The translations under genes and the position numbers were made by a program. This document shows, piece by piece, positions 8,613 to 16,988 of a stretch of DNA of 64,000 nt. Under the pieces are notes generated by a model. It had not been told where the DNA came from. It saw only the letters and a program-made list of their open reading frames with translations, and made no database searches. The stretch is from the NCBI GenBank assembly GCA_016708025.1, contig JADJGQ010000004.1, positions 54,635 through 118,634 on the forward strand, given 5' to 3'. Position 1 is the first letter of the stretch; the number at the start of each line of letters is the position of its first letter. The stretch is from a bacterium (lineage in GTDB: Bacteria; Zixibacteria; MSB-5A5; GN15; FEB-12).

Positions 8613-9395
8613 GTGAAGGGTCCGGCAGCTCTACTGGTGAAACTGATCGATCAAAATCCCCTCATCAGCTTTTTCGTGCTAACGTACGTTTTTACCTGGT
8701 CATTGCTCCCCCTGGCGGCGACCTCCATTCCCGCAAGTCTGGTCGCGCTCTGTGGTCCGGCATTTGCGGCGATGGTGGTCGCAGCATGCGAGAAGCAAAG
8801 GGAGAGGCGCGAATTCTACGCTCGCGTGACCGACTGGCGCATCCCCCCGGGTTGGTACCTGCTGGCGCTGCTTCTTCCACTGCCAATCACTGTTTTCCGA
8901 AGTTATCTGGAGCAATTACTTGGGGCGCAGGGTGAGATGGTCATTCAACCGATCTCAGTGCTCGGGTTGATTGTATTCGTTTTAGTGGCGGGGGAGGAGA
9001 TTGGCTGGCGAGGATTTGCGTTGCCCCGACTCATCCCTCGCTTTGGGAACTTTGGCGCCAGCGTGATCTTGGGAGTGATCTGGGCGTTCAGGCATCTTCC
9101 GCTTTTCTATATGCCAAGTATGCCGCAGTTTGGCGGCCCCTTCCTGCCGTATATTGCTTACACCGTATCGCTCTCGCTCATCTTGACTTTTCTCTCCCTG
9201 GGGAGTCGCGGGAGTGTGGTGATAGCGACTCTTTTTCACGGGGCTGTCAACACGATCGGTCTGACCAACGGTGCCGCAAGTCACGAAATGCGGGGTTACA
9301 GCAATGCGCTGAGTTATGGTCTGGCAGCGGTACTTATTTTCGCGGTGATCTGGTATCGTCAGAAACGAAATCAATCGATGCCGCTACAAAGTTGA
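8613..9395 (+). CDS. CPBP family intramembrane glutamic endopeptidase (CAAX protease-like)
   Basis: All three CPBP motifs are present: GEEIGWRG (EExxxR), FRHLP (FxxxH) and HGAVN (HxxxN). The protein is polytopic. I preferred the GTG at 8613, preceded by AAGGAG, over the TTG at 8562. Confidence 0.8.
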   Translation: MKGPAALLVKLIDQNPLISFFVLTYVFTWSLLPLAATSIPASLVALCGPAFAAMVVAACEKQRERREFYARVTDWRIPPGWYLLALLLPLPITVFRSYLEQLLGAQGEMVIQPISVLGLIVFVLVAGEEIGWRGFALPRLIPRFGNFGASVILGVIWAFRHLPLFYMPSMPQFGGPFLPYIAYTVSLSLILTFLSLGSRGSVVIATLFHGAVNTIGLTNGAASHEMRGYSNALSYGLAAVLIFAVIWYRQKRNQSMPLQS

Positions 9396-9407
9396 GAATG
9401 AGGAGAG

Positions 9408-9971
9408 ATGGAGTATAGACTTCGAATGCTTATCGCCGGTGGCGCCATGCTGTTTCCGGCGCTCCATACGCTGACCGATGTCATCGAGTGGGCGCAGGGC
9501 GGGTTCTCCACATCACAGCTCTGGCTCAATTATGTCGCCTTCCTGCCACTTCCTGCGCTGATAATTGGATTGTACGCGGTGCAACATCCACGCATCTCTT
9601 TGATTGGTCTGATTGGCGCGCTTCTGTATGGATTTGCCTTTATCTACTTTTCGTATTCCACGCTCAGTGCACTGGCAAACAATGCAGCCACCTACGAAGA
9701 ACTCTGGGCAAACCTGAGCTGGGTCTACACCTTCCATGGCGGACTGATGATAGCCGGGGGGCTGCTGTTCGGTTATGCCACCATGCGCGCAGGTGTACTG
9801 CCGACGTGGGCCACCGGGTTGTTCCTGCTGGGCTTAACGATAAATCTAACTGTTGCATTGCTTCCGGTTCCCGATCTGTTTCAGACTATCGGCAGCGGGA
9901 TACGAAATGCCGGGCTTGTGTGCATGGGGTGGGCGGTGGCGCGAGTCGGGCAAACGGGGAGACGATTGTAG
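9408..9971 (+). CDS. hypothetical polytopic membrane protein
   Basis: 187-aa ORF with about 6 hydrophobic helices. The SD-like GAGGAGAG precedes the ATG. Confidence 0.6.
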   Translation: MEYRLRMLIAGGAMLFPALHTLTDVIEWAQGGFSTSQLWLNYVAFLPLPALIIGLYAVQHPRISLIGLIGALLYGFAFIYFSYSTLSALANNAATYEELWANLSWVYTFHGGLMIAGGLLFGYATMRAGVLPTWATGLFLLGLTINLTVALLPVPDLFQTIGSGIRNAGLVCMGWAVARVGQTGRRL

Positions 9972-9993
9972 TTTAAGAAGTGGGGACAGGACG

Positions 9994-10018
9994 GGCAGAC
10001 GGGGACGTCTGCCGCTCA
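9994..10018. repeat. GGCAGACG-N4-CGTCTGCC hairpin module
   Basis: GGCAGACGGGGACGTCTGCCGCTCA, one of nine copies in the window. Confidence 0.9.
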
Positions 10019-10076
10019 TGGCACAGGGGGTGGCAGGATTGCTCCGAGCCCTTCGGGCCGGGGATCCTGCCCTACA

Positions 10077-10105
10077 TTGACAACGTTGATGACAATCCAC
10101 CTAAT
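10077..10105 (+). promoter_or_regulatory. sigma70-like promoter candidate TTGACA-N17-CCTAAT
   Basis: Read directly. It lies 80 nt upstream of the MarR gene. Confidence 0.3.
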
Positions 10106-10184
10106 CTCACATTTCATAGTTTAACATTAACCTTTCTCCCTCTCCGATTGTTATAATAATCAGGCAGGGGAGAGTGAGGTTACT

Positions 10185-10631
10185 ATGAAACGGGCAGCAG
10201 CATTGAAATCGGGGGAGCGGCAGGCGCTGGAGACATATACCGTCTTAGTACGGGGGACTGAATCAGCGACCTCGCGCATTCACAAATATCTTGATGAGCT
10301 GGGGCTGACGATCAGTCAGTTCGGCGTGCTCGAGGCGCTCTATCATCTCGGGCCACTTTGCCAGAAGGATCTGGCTGCCAAAATACTCAAGACCTCCGGC
10401 AATCTCACAATGGTGATCGACAATCTGGAGAAGTCGGCGTTGGTGCGTCGGGTGAAGGATGAAAAAGATGGCCGCGTCTGGAATATCTCGCTGACCGATG
10501 CCGGGAAGAAGCTGATCGCGCGGATATTCCCGAAGCATGCATCGATAGTCGAAAAAGAGATGGCGGTGCTATCGCAGGCGGAGCAGAAGACGTTAGCGAA
10601 GTTGTGTAAGAAGCTGGGGCTGGGGAGATAG
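10185..10631 (+). CDS. MarR family transcriptional regulator
   Basis: 148 aa with a winged-HTH pattern (LTISQFGVLEALYHLGPLCQKDLAAKILKTSGNLTMVIDNLEKSALVRR). Confidence 0.85.
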   Translation: MKRAAALKSGERQALETYTVLVRGTESATSRIHKYLDELGLTISQFGVLEALYHLGPLCQKDLAAKILKTSGNLTMVIDNLEKSALVRRVKDEKDGRVWNISLTDAGKKLIARIFPKHASIVEKEMAVLSQAEQKTLAKLCKKLGLGR

Positions 10632-10672
10632 ACGAAGCACCCAAATCGGGTTGTGGGTCAATGTGATGCAGT

Positions 10673-10723
10673 CCCCTCACCCGCCTCTTCGAGGCACCCT
10701 CTCCCAGAGGGAGAGGGGAATCG
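10673..10723. repeat. CTCACCCGCC..CTTCG.GGCACCCTCTCCC..GGGAGAGGGGAAT module
   Basis: A longer second copy lies at 15846-15955. It contains a CCCTCTCCC/GGGAGAGGG hairpin. Confidence 0.85.
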
Positions 10724-10754
10724 ATCTAAAGTCGTGCGAACTCACAAACAATCA

Positions 10755-11285
10755 TCAATCCATAAATAAGTATTGCCTCCAGCGATGGTCGGAGACACCG
10801 ATATAGCGCTGGATGAAATGTATATGGGTCGGACGAGTCGGGCGTTTCAGCAGAGTCATGCCGGCCTGTTCCGGTGACCTATCTCCCTTCCGGTTGTTGC
10901 ATTTCACACAGGCACAAACCAGATTTTCCCAGGAATCGGCCCCCTTGTGCATTTTCGGGATGATATGGTCGACGGTCATCGGCCCCTTGGTGATGCCGCA
11001 GTACTGGCAACGGTGGCTGTCGCGCGTGAGGATATTTTTGCGCGTCAGCATGATCCGTTTGTAGGGGACCTTTTTGTAGGACCAGAGGCGGACGATCGAA
11101 GGGAGCGGCCAGGCGGAATTAACCGAACGTAGCTTGAGGCCATCCGCGGTCTCGATCATTTCAGCTTTGCCCTGGAAAAGGAGAATGATGGCGCGACGGG
11201 CGGAACAGATGGATAATGGCTCGTAGTTCTGATTTAACATCAGAACATTTCGACTGACTAGCGGACTTTCCATACCTTCTTGCAC
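10755..11285 (-). CDS. HNH endonuclease family protein
   Basis: HNH/Zn motif: HRCQYCG...TVDHIIPKMHKGADSWENLVCACVKCNNRKGDR. Confidence 0.85.
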   Translation of the reverse strand: MQEGMESPLVSRNVLMLNQNYEPLSICSARRAIILLFQGKAEMIETADGLKLRSVNSAWPLPSIVRLWSYKKVPYKRIMLTRKNILTRDSHRCQYCGITKGPMTVDHIIPKMHKGADSWENLVCACVKCNNRKGDRSPEQAGMTLLKRPTRPTHIHFIQRYIGVSDHRWRQYLFMD

Positions 11286-11453
11286 TCACACAGTGGCAGC
11301 CGGTCTGGTTTCTCGGTCGGAAGTCCCGACCATTGGCCGGACGCCGTTAGCTACATTGTCGGGTAATAACGTCAATTCATGAGCGATTGTCAATAGGAAA
11401 GTGGAGTGGCGTGTGGGGTAAGTGATAATAGGGGAAGGGGTTAGGGTAGTGCT

Positions 11454-11533
11454 TGAGCGGCAGACGTCCTCGTCTGCCCTGAGTGTGGAGAGGAGTGAGG
11501 GTCGGGCAGACCGGGAGGTCTGCCGCGCAATGG
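11454..11533. repeat. two GGCAGAC-hairpin modules (one inverted)
   Basis: TTGAGCGGCAGACGTCCTCGTCTGCC at 11454-11480 and GGGCAGACCGGGAGGTCTGCCGCGCAATGG at 11503-11533. Confidence 0.85.
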
Positions 11534-11630
11534 GGTCGGGCTTCGCTCGAAAACCGGGGGCTTGCTGAATAGTAACGTAGGCGTATATTGTCCATATCTG
11601 TCCAGGCAATGCATGACCAGTGAGGGATGA

Positions 11631-12068
11631 ATGGCAGAACCGAAAACCAGACCGACCAAAGCGAGTGTGACCAAGTTCATCCACGCAATCGCCGATGAAC
11701 AGCGCCGAGCCGACTGCAAAAAGATATCGGCAATGATGAAGCGGATCACCGGGGAGAAGCCGGTGATGTGGGGAGAGTATATCGTTGGATTCGGTTCGGT
11801 GAATCTAACCTACGCCAATGGCAGTGTGCTGGATTGGCCGATAATCGGGTTCTCGCCGCGCAAACAAGCCCTGACGCTGTATGTCATCACCGGGAAAGAG
11901 AAACCGGAACTGATGAAGCGATTGGGGAAGCACTCAACCGGAAAGGTCTGTCTTTATATCAAGCGGCTGGCGGATGTTGATTTTAGCGCGCTTGAGGAAT
12001 TGGTGACTCAGACAGTGGCGATCAATCGGAAGCGTTATTCAGAAGCGAAGAAGCAACTCACAAAATAG
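11631..12068 (+). CDS. DUF1801 (YdhG-like) domain protein, paralog 1
   Basis: The pattern KTRPTKASVTKFI...MWG..IVGFG...Y.......W.IIGFSPRK.ALTLYV...LGKH.TGK.CLYIK is shared with the next gene. Confidence 0.75.
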   Translation: MAEPKTRPTKASVTKFIHAIADEQRRADCKKISAMMKRITGEKPVMWGEYIVGFGSVNLTYANGSVLDWPIIGFSPRKQALTLYVITGKEKPELMKRLGKHSTGKVCLYIKRLADVDFSALEELVTQTVAINRKRYSEAKKQLTK

Positions 12069-12079
12069 GATCACGCACA

Positions 12080-12499
12080 ATGGCAGAGCTGAAAACCAAA
12101 GAGACCAAAGCGAGCGTGGCGGAGTTCATCGACAAGGTGGAGGATCCGGTCCGTCGCAAAGAGTGCAAACAGATCATCGCGCTGATGAAAAAACATACCA
12201 AGGCGCAACCGAAGATGTGGGGGCCGAGCATTGTCGGGTTTGGGAATATCAAGCTGAAGTATGCCTCGGGAAGGGAGCTGGAGTGGTTGATAATCGGGTT
12301 TTCGCCGCGCAAGGCGGCGTTGACGCTTTATGTGCTGACGCAGCGCGAGTCACCCGAGATGATGAAGAAGCTGGGGAAGCACAAGACGGGGAAGGGGTGT
12401 TTGTATATCAAGAGTCTTGAAGATATCGATATGAAGGTGCTGGATCAGTTGATCGGGCAGAATGTGAAGGCGATCAAGGCGTACGCGGCGGGGAAGTAG
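12080..12499 (+). CDS. DUF1801 (YdhG-like) domain protein, paralog 2
   Basis: Tandem paralog of 11631-12068, roughly half identical by eye over its full length. Confidence 0.75.
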   Translation: MAELKTKETKASVAEFIDKVEDPVRRKECKQIIALMKKHTKAQPKMWGPSIVGFGNIKLKYASGRELEWLIIGFSPRKAALTLYVLTQRESPEMMKKLGKHKTGKGCLYIKSLEDIDMKVLDQLIGQNVKAIKAYAAGK

Positions 12500-12516
12500 G
12501 GGCGGCTTGAATGTAG

Positions 12517-12551
12517 GGGATTGCTTCGTCGCTACGCTCCTCGCAATGACG
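12517..12551. repeat. GGGGATTGCTTCGTCGCTACGCTCCTCGCAATGACG module
   Basis: Short variant of the TTGCTTCG...CTCGCAATGACG family seen at 6870, 8002, 55759 and 57144. Confidence 0.8.
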
Positions 12552-12563
12552 ATCTAAGCCAAT

Positions 12564-12590
12564 AAAAAACCCGCCGAATGGCGGGTTTCA
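12564..12590 (-). terminator. rho-independent terminator between convergent genes
   Basis: ACCCGCC-GAAT-GGCGGGT hairpin. On the minus strand it is followed by TTTTTTATT, downstream of the sigma54-activator gene. Confidence 0.65.
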
Positions 12591-12635
12591 GATCTCCCCC
12601 ACGGGTCTCCCCCGGTGGAACCTCACGAAGAAAAC

Positions 12636-14036
12636 TTAGTTATCGTCGCGGACTGCGGCGTACTGCTCGTTCAGTTCTTCCTCGATACCGTATTTCTTGA
12701 TCTTATCGAACAGTGTCGTGTAATCGATCTTCAATATCTGCGCGCATTTCCGTTTGTTGCCGCGGACCTGCTTGAGGATGCGCAGGATAGTTGATTTCTC
12801 TGCGCGCGCCTGAGCCATCGCGCCGATCTCCTTTAATCCGGCGCCATCGCGCAACTGAACCTCGTCGGTTCGCTGGAGGCGGATAGCCAGATGTTCCGGC
12901 GTGATCTTTTTTCCTTCGGCCAGGATCACCGCGCGTTCCATGGTATTTTCTAGCTCGCGGACATTGCCGGGCCAGTGGTAGCGCTCGATAAGGGAGAGGG
13001 CCTCGCGGGTCATCGATTTGAGCGGCTTTTTCAGTTCGCGGCAATATTTGTCGATGAAAAAGTCGGCCAGCGCGGAGACATCATCGCGACGATCCCGCAG
13101 CGGCGGAATATTGAGCGGGAAGACCGAGAGGCGATAATAGAGATCTTCGCGGAATCGCTTCTGCGTGATCAGTTCCTGCAGTTCCATGTTGGTGGCGGCA
13201 ATGACGCGGACATCAACATCGACAGTCTTGGTGCCGCCGAGGCGCTCGAAGTTTTTCAGTTGCAGGACGCGGAGCAGTTTCGCCTGCAACGAGATCTCCA
13301 TGTCGCCGATCTCATCGAGGAAAACGGTGCCGCCATTGGCGATCTCGAATTTTCCCATCTTGCGGGCATGGGCGCCGGTAAAGGCTCCTTTTTCCGAGCC
13401 GAACAATTCGTTTTCGAGTAGTTCGTGCGGGATCGCGGCGCAGTTGATGGCGATATAGGGGCCATTCTTGCGATTGGAGAGCGAATGGATGGCGCGAGCG
13501 AAGAGTTCTTTGCCGGTGCCGGATTCGCCTTGCAATAAAACGGAAGCATCGGACTTGGCGACTTTCTGCACCAGGACCGAAAGTTCTTTCATCGATTCGT
13601 TTTTGCCAATGATATTGTCGAGGCCATGGCCGGAGAGCAGCTCTTCGCGGAGCAGTGTATTTTCCGCGACCATGCGTCGATTCTCCAGCGCCCGATTGAC
13701 CAGGACACAGAGATGTTCGGTGTCGAACGGTTTGGTGATAAAATCGTAAGCGCCGCGCTTCATAGCGTTGACGGCATCCTCGATCGTGCCATAGGCGGTC
13801 ATAACGATGACGGAAGTCTCTTCGTCGATCTCCTTGACCCCGCTGAGCACTTCGAGGCCATCGATCGTCGGCATCTTGAGATCGGTCAGGACCAGGTCGT
13901 ATGACTTGTTCCTGACGAGATCAAGCGCCTTTTTGCCATCCTCAGCAGCATCGACCCGATAACCTTCTTCGGTGAGGGTTTGGGTCAGCATGTTGCGCAT
14001 CGAATCTTTATCGTCTACTACTAATATAGTAGGCAT
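12636..14036 (-). CDS. sigma-54-dependent response regulator (NtrC family)
   Basis: Receiver domain (ILVVDD...DLVLTDLKMP), AAA+ sigma54-interaction domain (GESGTGKELFARAIH, ESELFGHEKGAF-like LENELFGSEKGAFTGA) and a C-terminal Fis-type HTH. Confidence 0.9.
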   Translation of the reverse strand: MPTILVVDDKDSMRNMLTQTLTEEGYRVDAAEDGKKALDLVRNKSYDLVLTDLKMPTIDGLEVLSGVKEIDEETSVIVMTAYGTIEDAVNAMKRGAYDFITKPFDTEHLCVLVNRALENRRMVAENTLLREELLSGHGLDNIIGKNESMKELSVLVQKVAKSDASVLLQGESGTGKELFARAIHSLSNRKNGPYIAINCAAIPHELLENELFGSEKGAFTGAHARKMGKFEIANGGTVFLDEIGDMEISLQAKLLRVLQLKNFERLGGTKTVDVDVRVIAATNMELQELITQKRFREDLYYRLSVFPLNIPPLRDRRDDVSALADFFIDKYCRELKKPLKSMTREALSLIERYHWPGNVRELENTMERAVILAEGKKITPEHLAIRLQRTDEVQLRDGAGLKEIGAMAQARAEKSTILRILKQVRGNKRKCAQILKIDYTTLFDKIKKYGIEEELNEQYAAVRDDN

Positions 14037-14184
14037 CAGTTACTCCTCGTCCGGTTCCTCAAACTCCACTTCAGTCGTTCCCCCGAAAGGGGGATTTACC
14101 CCATATATCGGCGAAATCCGACACCAGTCGAGTGCAACGGTGAGGAAATTGTCAGATAAACTGAAAAAGAATGGAATGAAGGAG

Positions 14185-14643
14185 TTAGCGGGTGATGGCG
14201 AAGGTCTTCTTGGCGGACCGTCCGCAGTAATTTGCGCGCAAACTGTAGACGCCGGGCGATACGCCGCGTTCGTCGAAACTGACCTTGTAATGTCCCTCGC
14301 CGAGGCGTTTGGAGAAGAGATGGCTGATCCGTCGGTCTTTGGAGTCGAGCAATTCGATCGTGGTATTGCAGGCTGTTTCGATATGAAACGTAACGGAGGG
14401 TGTATTGCCGGGAGTGTAGTCGATATTTTTCTCGACCGCGACGGAATCAAGGCGCGAGGAGCGGATGAGGGTGAAGTTTTTTCCGGATTCGAGGATCTGC
14501 GGGTCGACCCAGACGGTCTGCCATTTGCCGGCGCCGCCGGAAGGAGCGCGAGGAGCCTCAGTGACGCCCTCGTCGTACGGGCGACAACCCGCGAAAAGTG
14601 CGATCATCAGCGAAGCGAATGCCAGCAGTGTCCGGTAGTTCAT
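14185..14643 (-). CDS. small lipoprotein with FlgD-Ig/T9SS-CTD-like C-terminus
   Basis: Lipobox (LMIALFAGC). The C-terminal segment TIELLDSKDRRISHLF...GVYSLRANY resembles the beta-sandwich sorting/FlgD-like fold. Start taken at the MNYRTLL methionine. Confidence 0.6.
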   Translation of the reverse strand: MNYRTLLAFASLMIALFAGCRPYDEGVTEAPRAPSGGAGKWQTVWVDPQILESGKNFTLIRSSRLDSVAVEKNIDYTPGNTPSVTFHIETACNTTIELLDSKDRRISHLFSKRLGEGHYKVSFDERGVSPGVYSLRANYCGRSAKKTFAITR

Positions 14644-14694
14644 ATAGCAGGTATGCAAAGAAAGAGTGGGGATGTCAACAATAGAAGTTTGACA

Positions 14695-15063
14695 GCGGCA
14701 GACGGGAAGGTTTGCCGCTCAATGGTTGGAGTAGGTTGTTCATCAGTTTTGAGATTATACGCAGTTCAGTTCGAAAAGTCGGAACATGGTTGACGATTGA
14801 CGGGTAGAATGCGTGTGATGTGATTGCGGGGAGGGAATGAGTAGATAATATTTGAGCGAAATAGAGGGGGGAGGGGCCAAAATTTCATTGAGGAAAAGCG
14901 GCAGACGAGGACGTCTGCCGCTCAATTACTGGTTCGTGTTTGGACAAACTTGCGCGGCAGAGCTCCTGCTCTGCCCGACCCTTTCGCACTTTCTGTTGTA
15001 GAGCAGACGGGGACGTCTGCCGCTCAAACGGTGCAGGGCAGACGGGGACGTCTGCCGCTCAAG
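14695..15063. repeat. cluster of four GGCAGACG-type hairpins plus one GGCAGAGC-type hairpin
   Basis: GGCAGACG-type copies lie at 14695-14725, 14898-14928, 15001-15027 and 15036-15063. A GGCAGAGC-type copy lies at 14949-14977. Confidence 0.9.
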
Positions 15064-15078
15064 TTACAGAATTAGTTT

Positions 15079-15777
15079 CTACGCCAGGTCGAAGAGGAGG
15101 AACTCTGCGGTATCACTGGCGGTGATAGTAAGCAGAGATTCTTCGCTCACCGCGGCGGCATCGCCGGCCTGCAATACAACATCGTTCAATGTCAGACTTC
15201 CCGATATCAGTTGCAGCCATCCGAAGCGGCCCGGCGCCAGCGTATGTGTGACGGTCTGGCCGGACTCCAGAATTGATGCATACATCGTAGCATCCTGGTG
15301 CATTTTCATTGCTCCGTCGGTCGGCGAGCCGGAGACGATCTCGCGAAGTTGATTCCGCTTGTCGTCATCGGAAAAATGCTTTTGCTCGTAGCTCGGCTCA
15401 ATATCCTTGGTCTCAGGAAACAGCCAGATCTGCAGGAGCTTCACCGGCGTTTTCGGCGAGTGGTTGAACTCGCTGTGGGTGATACCGCTGCCGGCAGACA
15501 TCCGCTGAACATCGCCGCGCTCGATCACCGAACCATTCCCCATCGAGTCGCCATGTTCCAGCGAGCCGGAGAGGACATACGTAATGATCTCCATGTTGTC
15601 ATGGTCATGTTCCGGGAAGCCACCGCCGCCGGCGACTTTGTCCTCGTTGATGACCCGCAGGGTGCGGAAGTGCATGTGGCGCGGGTCGTAATAGCCGGAG
15701 AACGAAAAGCTGTATTTGGTGTCGAGCCATCCGTAGTTGGCGTGCCCGCGATCTTCGGATTTGCGAATCGTGATCAT
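15079..15777 (-). CDS. pirin family protein
   Basis: RGHANYGWLDTKYSFSFSGYYDP...GFPEHDHDNMEIITYVLSGSLEHGDSMGN matches the bicupin pirin/YhhW signature. Confidence 0.9.
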   Translation of the reverse strand: MITIRKSEDRGHANYGWLDTKYSFSFSGYYDPRHMHFRTLRVINEDKVAGGGGFPEHDHDNMEIITYVLSGSLEHGDSMGNGSVIERGDVQRMSAGSGITHSEFNHSPKTPVKLLQIWLFPETKDIEPSYEQKHFSDDDKRNQLREIVSGSPTDGAMKMHQDATMYASILESGQTVTHTLAPGRFGWLQLISGSLTLNDVVLQAGDAAAVSEESLLTITASDTAEFLLFDLA

Positions 15778-15845
15778 GGTCTACCTCGTTTGGGTTACTG
15801 TTTTCTGAGAGGTAGAACAGTTTAATGTTAAAGTAGTTCCCGGGG

Positions 15846-15955
15846 ACCCTCACCCGCCCCTTCGGGGCACCCTCTCCCGGGGGGAGAGGGGAATTTCCCT
15901 TCTCCCAATGGGAGAAGGTGGCGCAGAGCGCCGGATGAGGGAGAGGGAGGGGGGG
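15846..15955. repeat. CTCACCCGCC...GGGAGAGGGGAAT module, extended copy
   Basis: Related to 10673-10723, followed by a second hairpin TTCTCCCAATGGGAGAA. Confidence 0.8.
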
Positions 15956-15956
15956 A

Positions 15957-15985
15957 TTGACAAATTCGCCCTGGTTATCTATGTT
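15957..15985 (+). promoter_or_regulatory. sigma70-like promoter candidate TTGACA-N17-TATGTT
   Basis: Read directly. It shares the extended string GGGGATTGACAAATT with the candidate promoter at 48273. Confidence 0.35.
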
Positions 15986-16032
15986 ACGCCACAAGTTGTA
16001 CTAACCGTCCGCATCTATCGGGGAGTGTTCCG

Positions 16033-16905
16033 ATGCTGTCTCGCTGGTTCCAAATCACAATCATAGTAATGCTCTGTTTGACATTTGGCTGCGGTGATGA
16101 CAGTCCCACCAAACCGGTTCCGGAGGAATCGTTTGAGTTGAAAATCGCGGTGGTTGATTCGAGTGGGGCGCCGGTGGAGGGCCTTTTGGTAAGTACCTGG
16201 ACGGATACGGTGGTCCTTAATCCCGAGTCGTCCAGTGCCGCCGCTCCGTTACAAATGGACGACACGCACCTGTACGGCGATGTGGACTGTGATGGAGGGG
16301 CCTTCACGTCCTGGGACACAGACAACATGATGTACTACATGGCAAGAATGCCCAGCACTCTAACTGATGAGCAATTGGACTGCATAGAGCGATCTGGAGA
16401 TGTGGTGCCAGCGACTAAAGGTATTACGGTAGCCGATTTTGAATATGTGTTTCTACGGTTCAATTATCCAGGTATTCCTGACGGTCGTACGTTAAGATAT
16501 GGTGAGGTGGACTACCTCTACGATGAATCTACCGGCGTCATTTCATTCCCGTATCCATTCGAGGTGTGGGCACTTCTCCTTACATACGAGAAACCGGGCT
16601 TCGGTTGGCCGCAGATCGTCTACAGGGGACACAATAGAGACATTGACATAACCTACGGCTACGATTCAAGCTTTTACTATGCGCTCGTATGGAGCAACAG
16701 CGGATTTGAAGGGGACGTGGTACAGGGTTACGGCACGCTTCACTCGATTGATGCGGCGGGTCATTTTGGACAGCCATTGCGTTTGACGCGGGTGGCTCAT
16801 CACTTTAGCATCAACGCCTGGGACACTGATTTGTCCGACAGTGTAGTTGTTTATAGGCTGTTCAACGAGATCCTCGGTCAGCCCAAATCAGAATATTCGA
16901 CCTGA
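16033..16905 (+). CDS. hypothetical lipoprotein
   Basis: Lipobox (MLCLTFGCGDD), AT-richer sequence, and one dockerin/EF-hand-like loop (YGDVDCDGGAFTSWD). Confidence 0.6.
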   Translation: MLSRWFQITIIVMLCLTFGCGDDSPTKPVPEESFELKIAVVDSSGAPVEGLLVSTWTDTVVLNPESSSAAAPLQMDDTHLYGDVDCDGGAFTSWDTDNMMYYMARMPSTLTDEQLDCIERSGDVVPATKGITVADFEYVFLRFNYPGIPDGRTLRYGEVDYLYDESTGVISFPYPFEVWALLLTYEKPGFGWPQIVYRGHNRDIDITYGYDSSFYYALVWSNSGFEGDVVQGYGTLHSIDAAGHFGQPLRLTRVAHHFSINAWDTDLSDSVVVYRLFNEILGQPKSEYST

Positions 16906-16988
16906 TCGGCCAGCAAGTATTTGATACGGTCCTCTACATCGGACCAAATTGGCCTGTTAATTGGAGGCCGGATTCACTCTTTTCCACC

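Noticed and set aside
9488-9976. 162-aa ORF overlapping the membrane-protein gene 9408-9971 in another frame.
   Set aside because: The alternative frame gives an Arg/Cys-rich product. The 9408 frame gives regular TM helices and has an SD.
11286-11749. ORFs 11286-11684, 11377-11595 and 11441-11749 in the HNH/DUF1801 spacer. Likewise 17315-17575, 17420-17712, 61114-61371 and 7915-8196.
   Set aside because: They are composed almost entirely of the palindromic repeat modules. Their peptide repeats (DSRLRGM..., RPRLPV...) simply mirror the DNA repeats.
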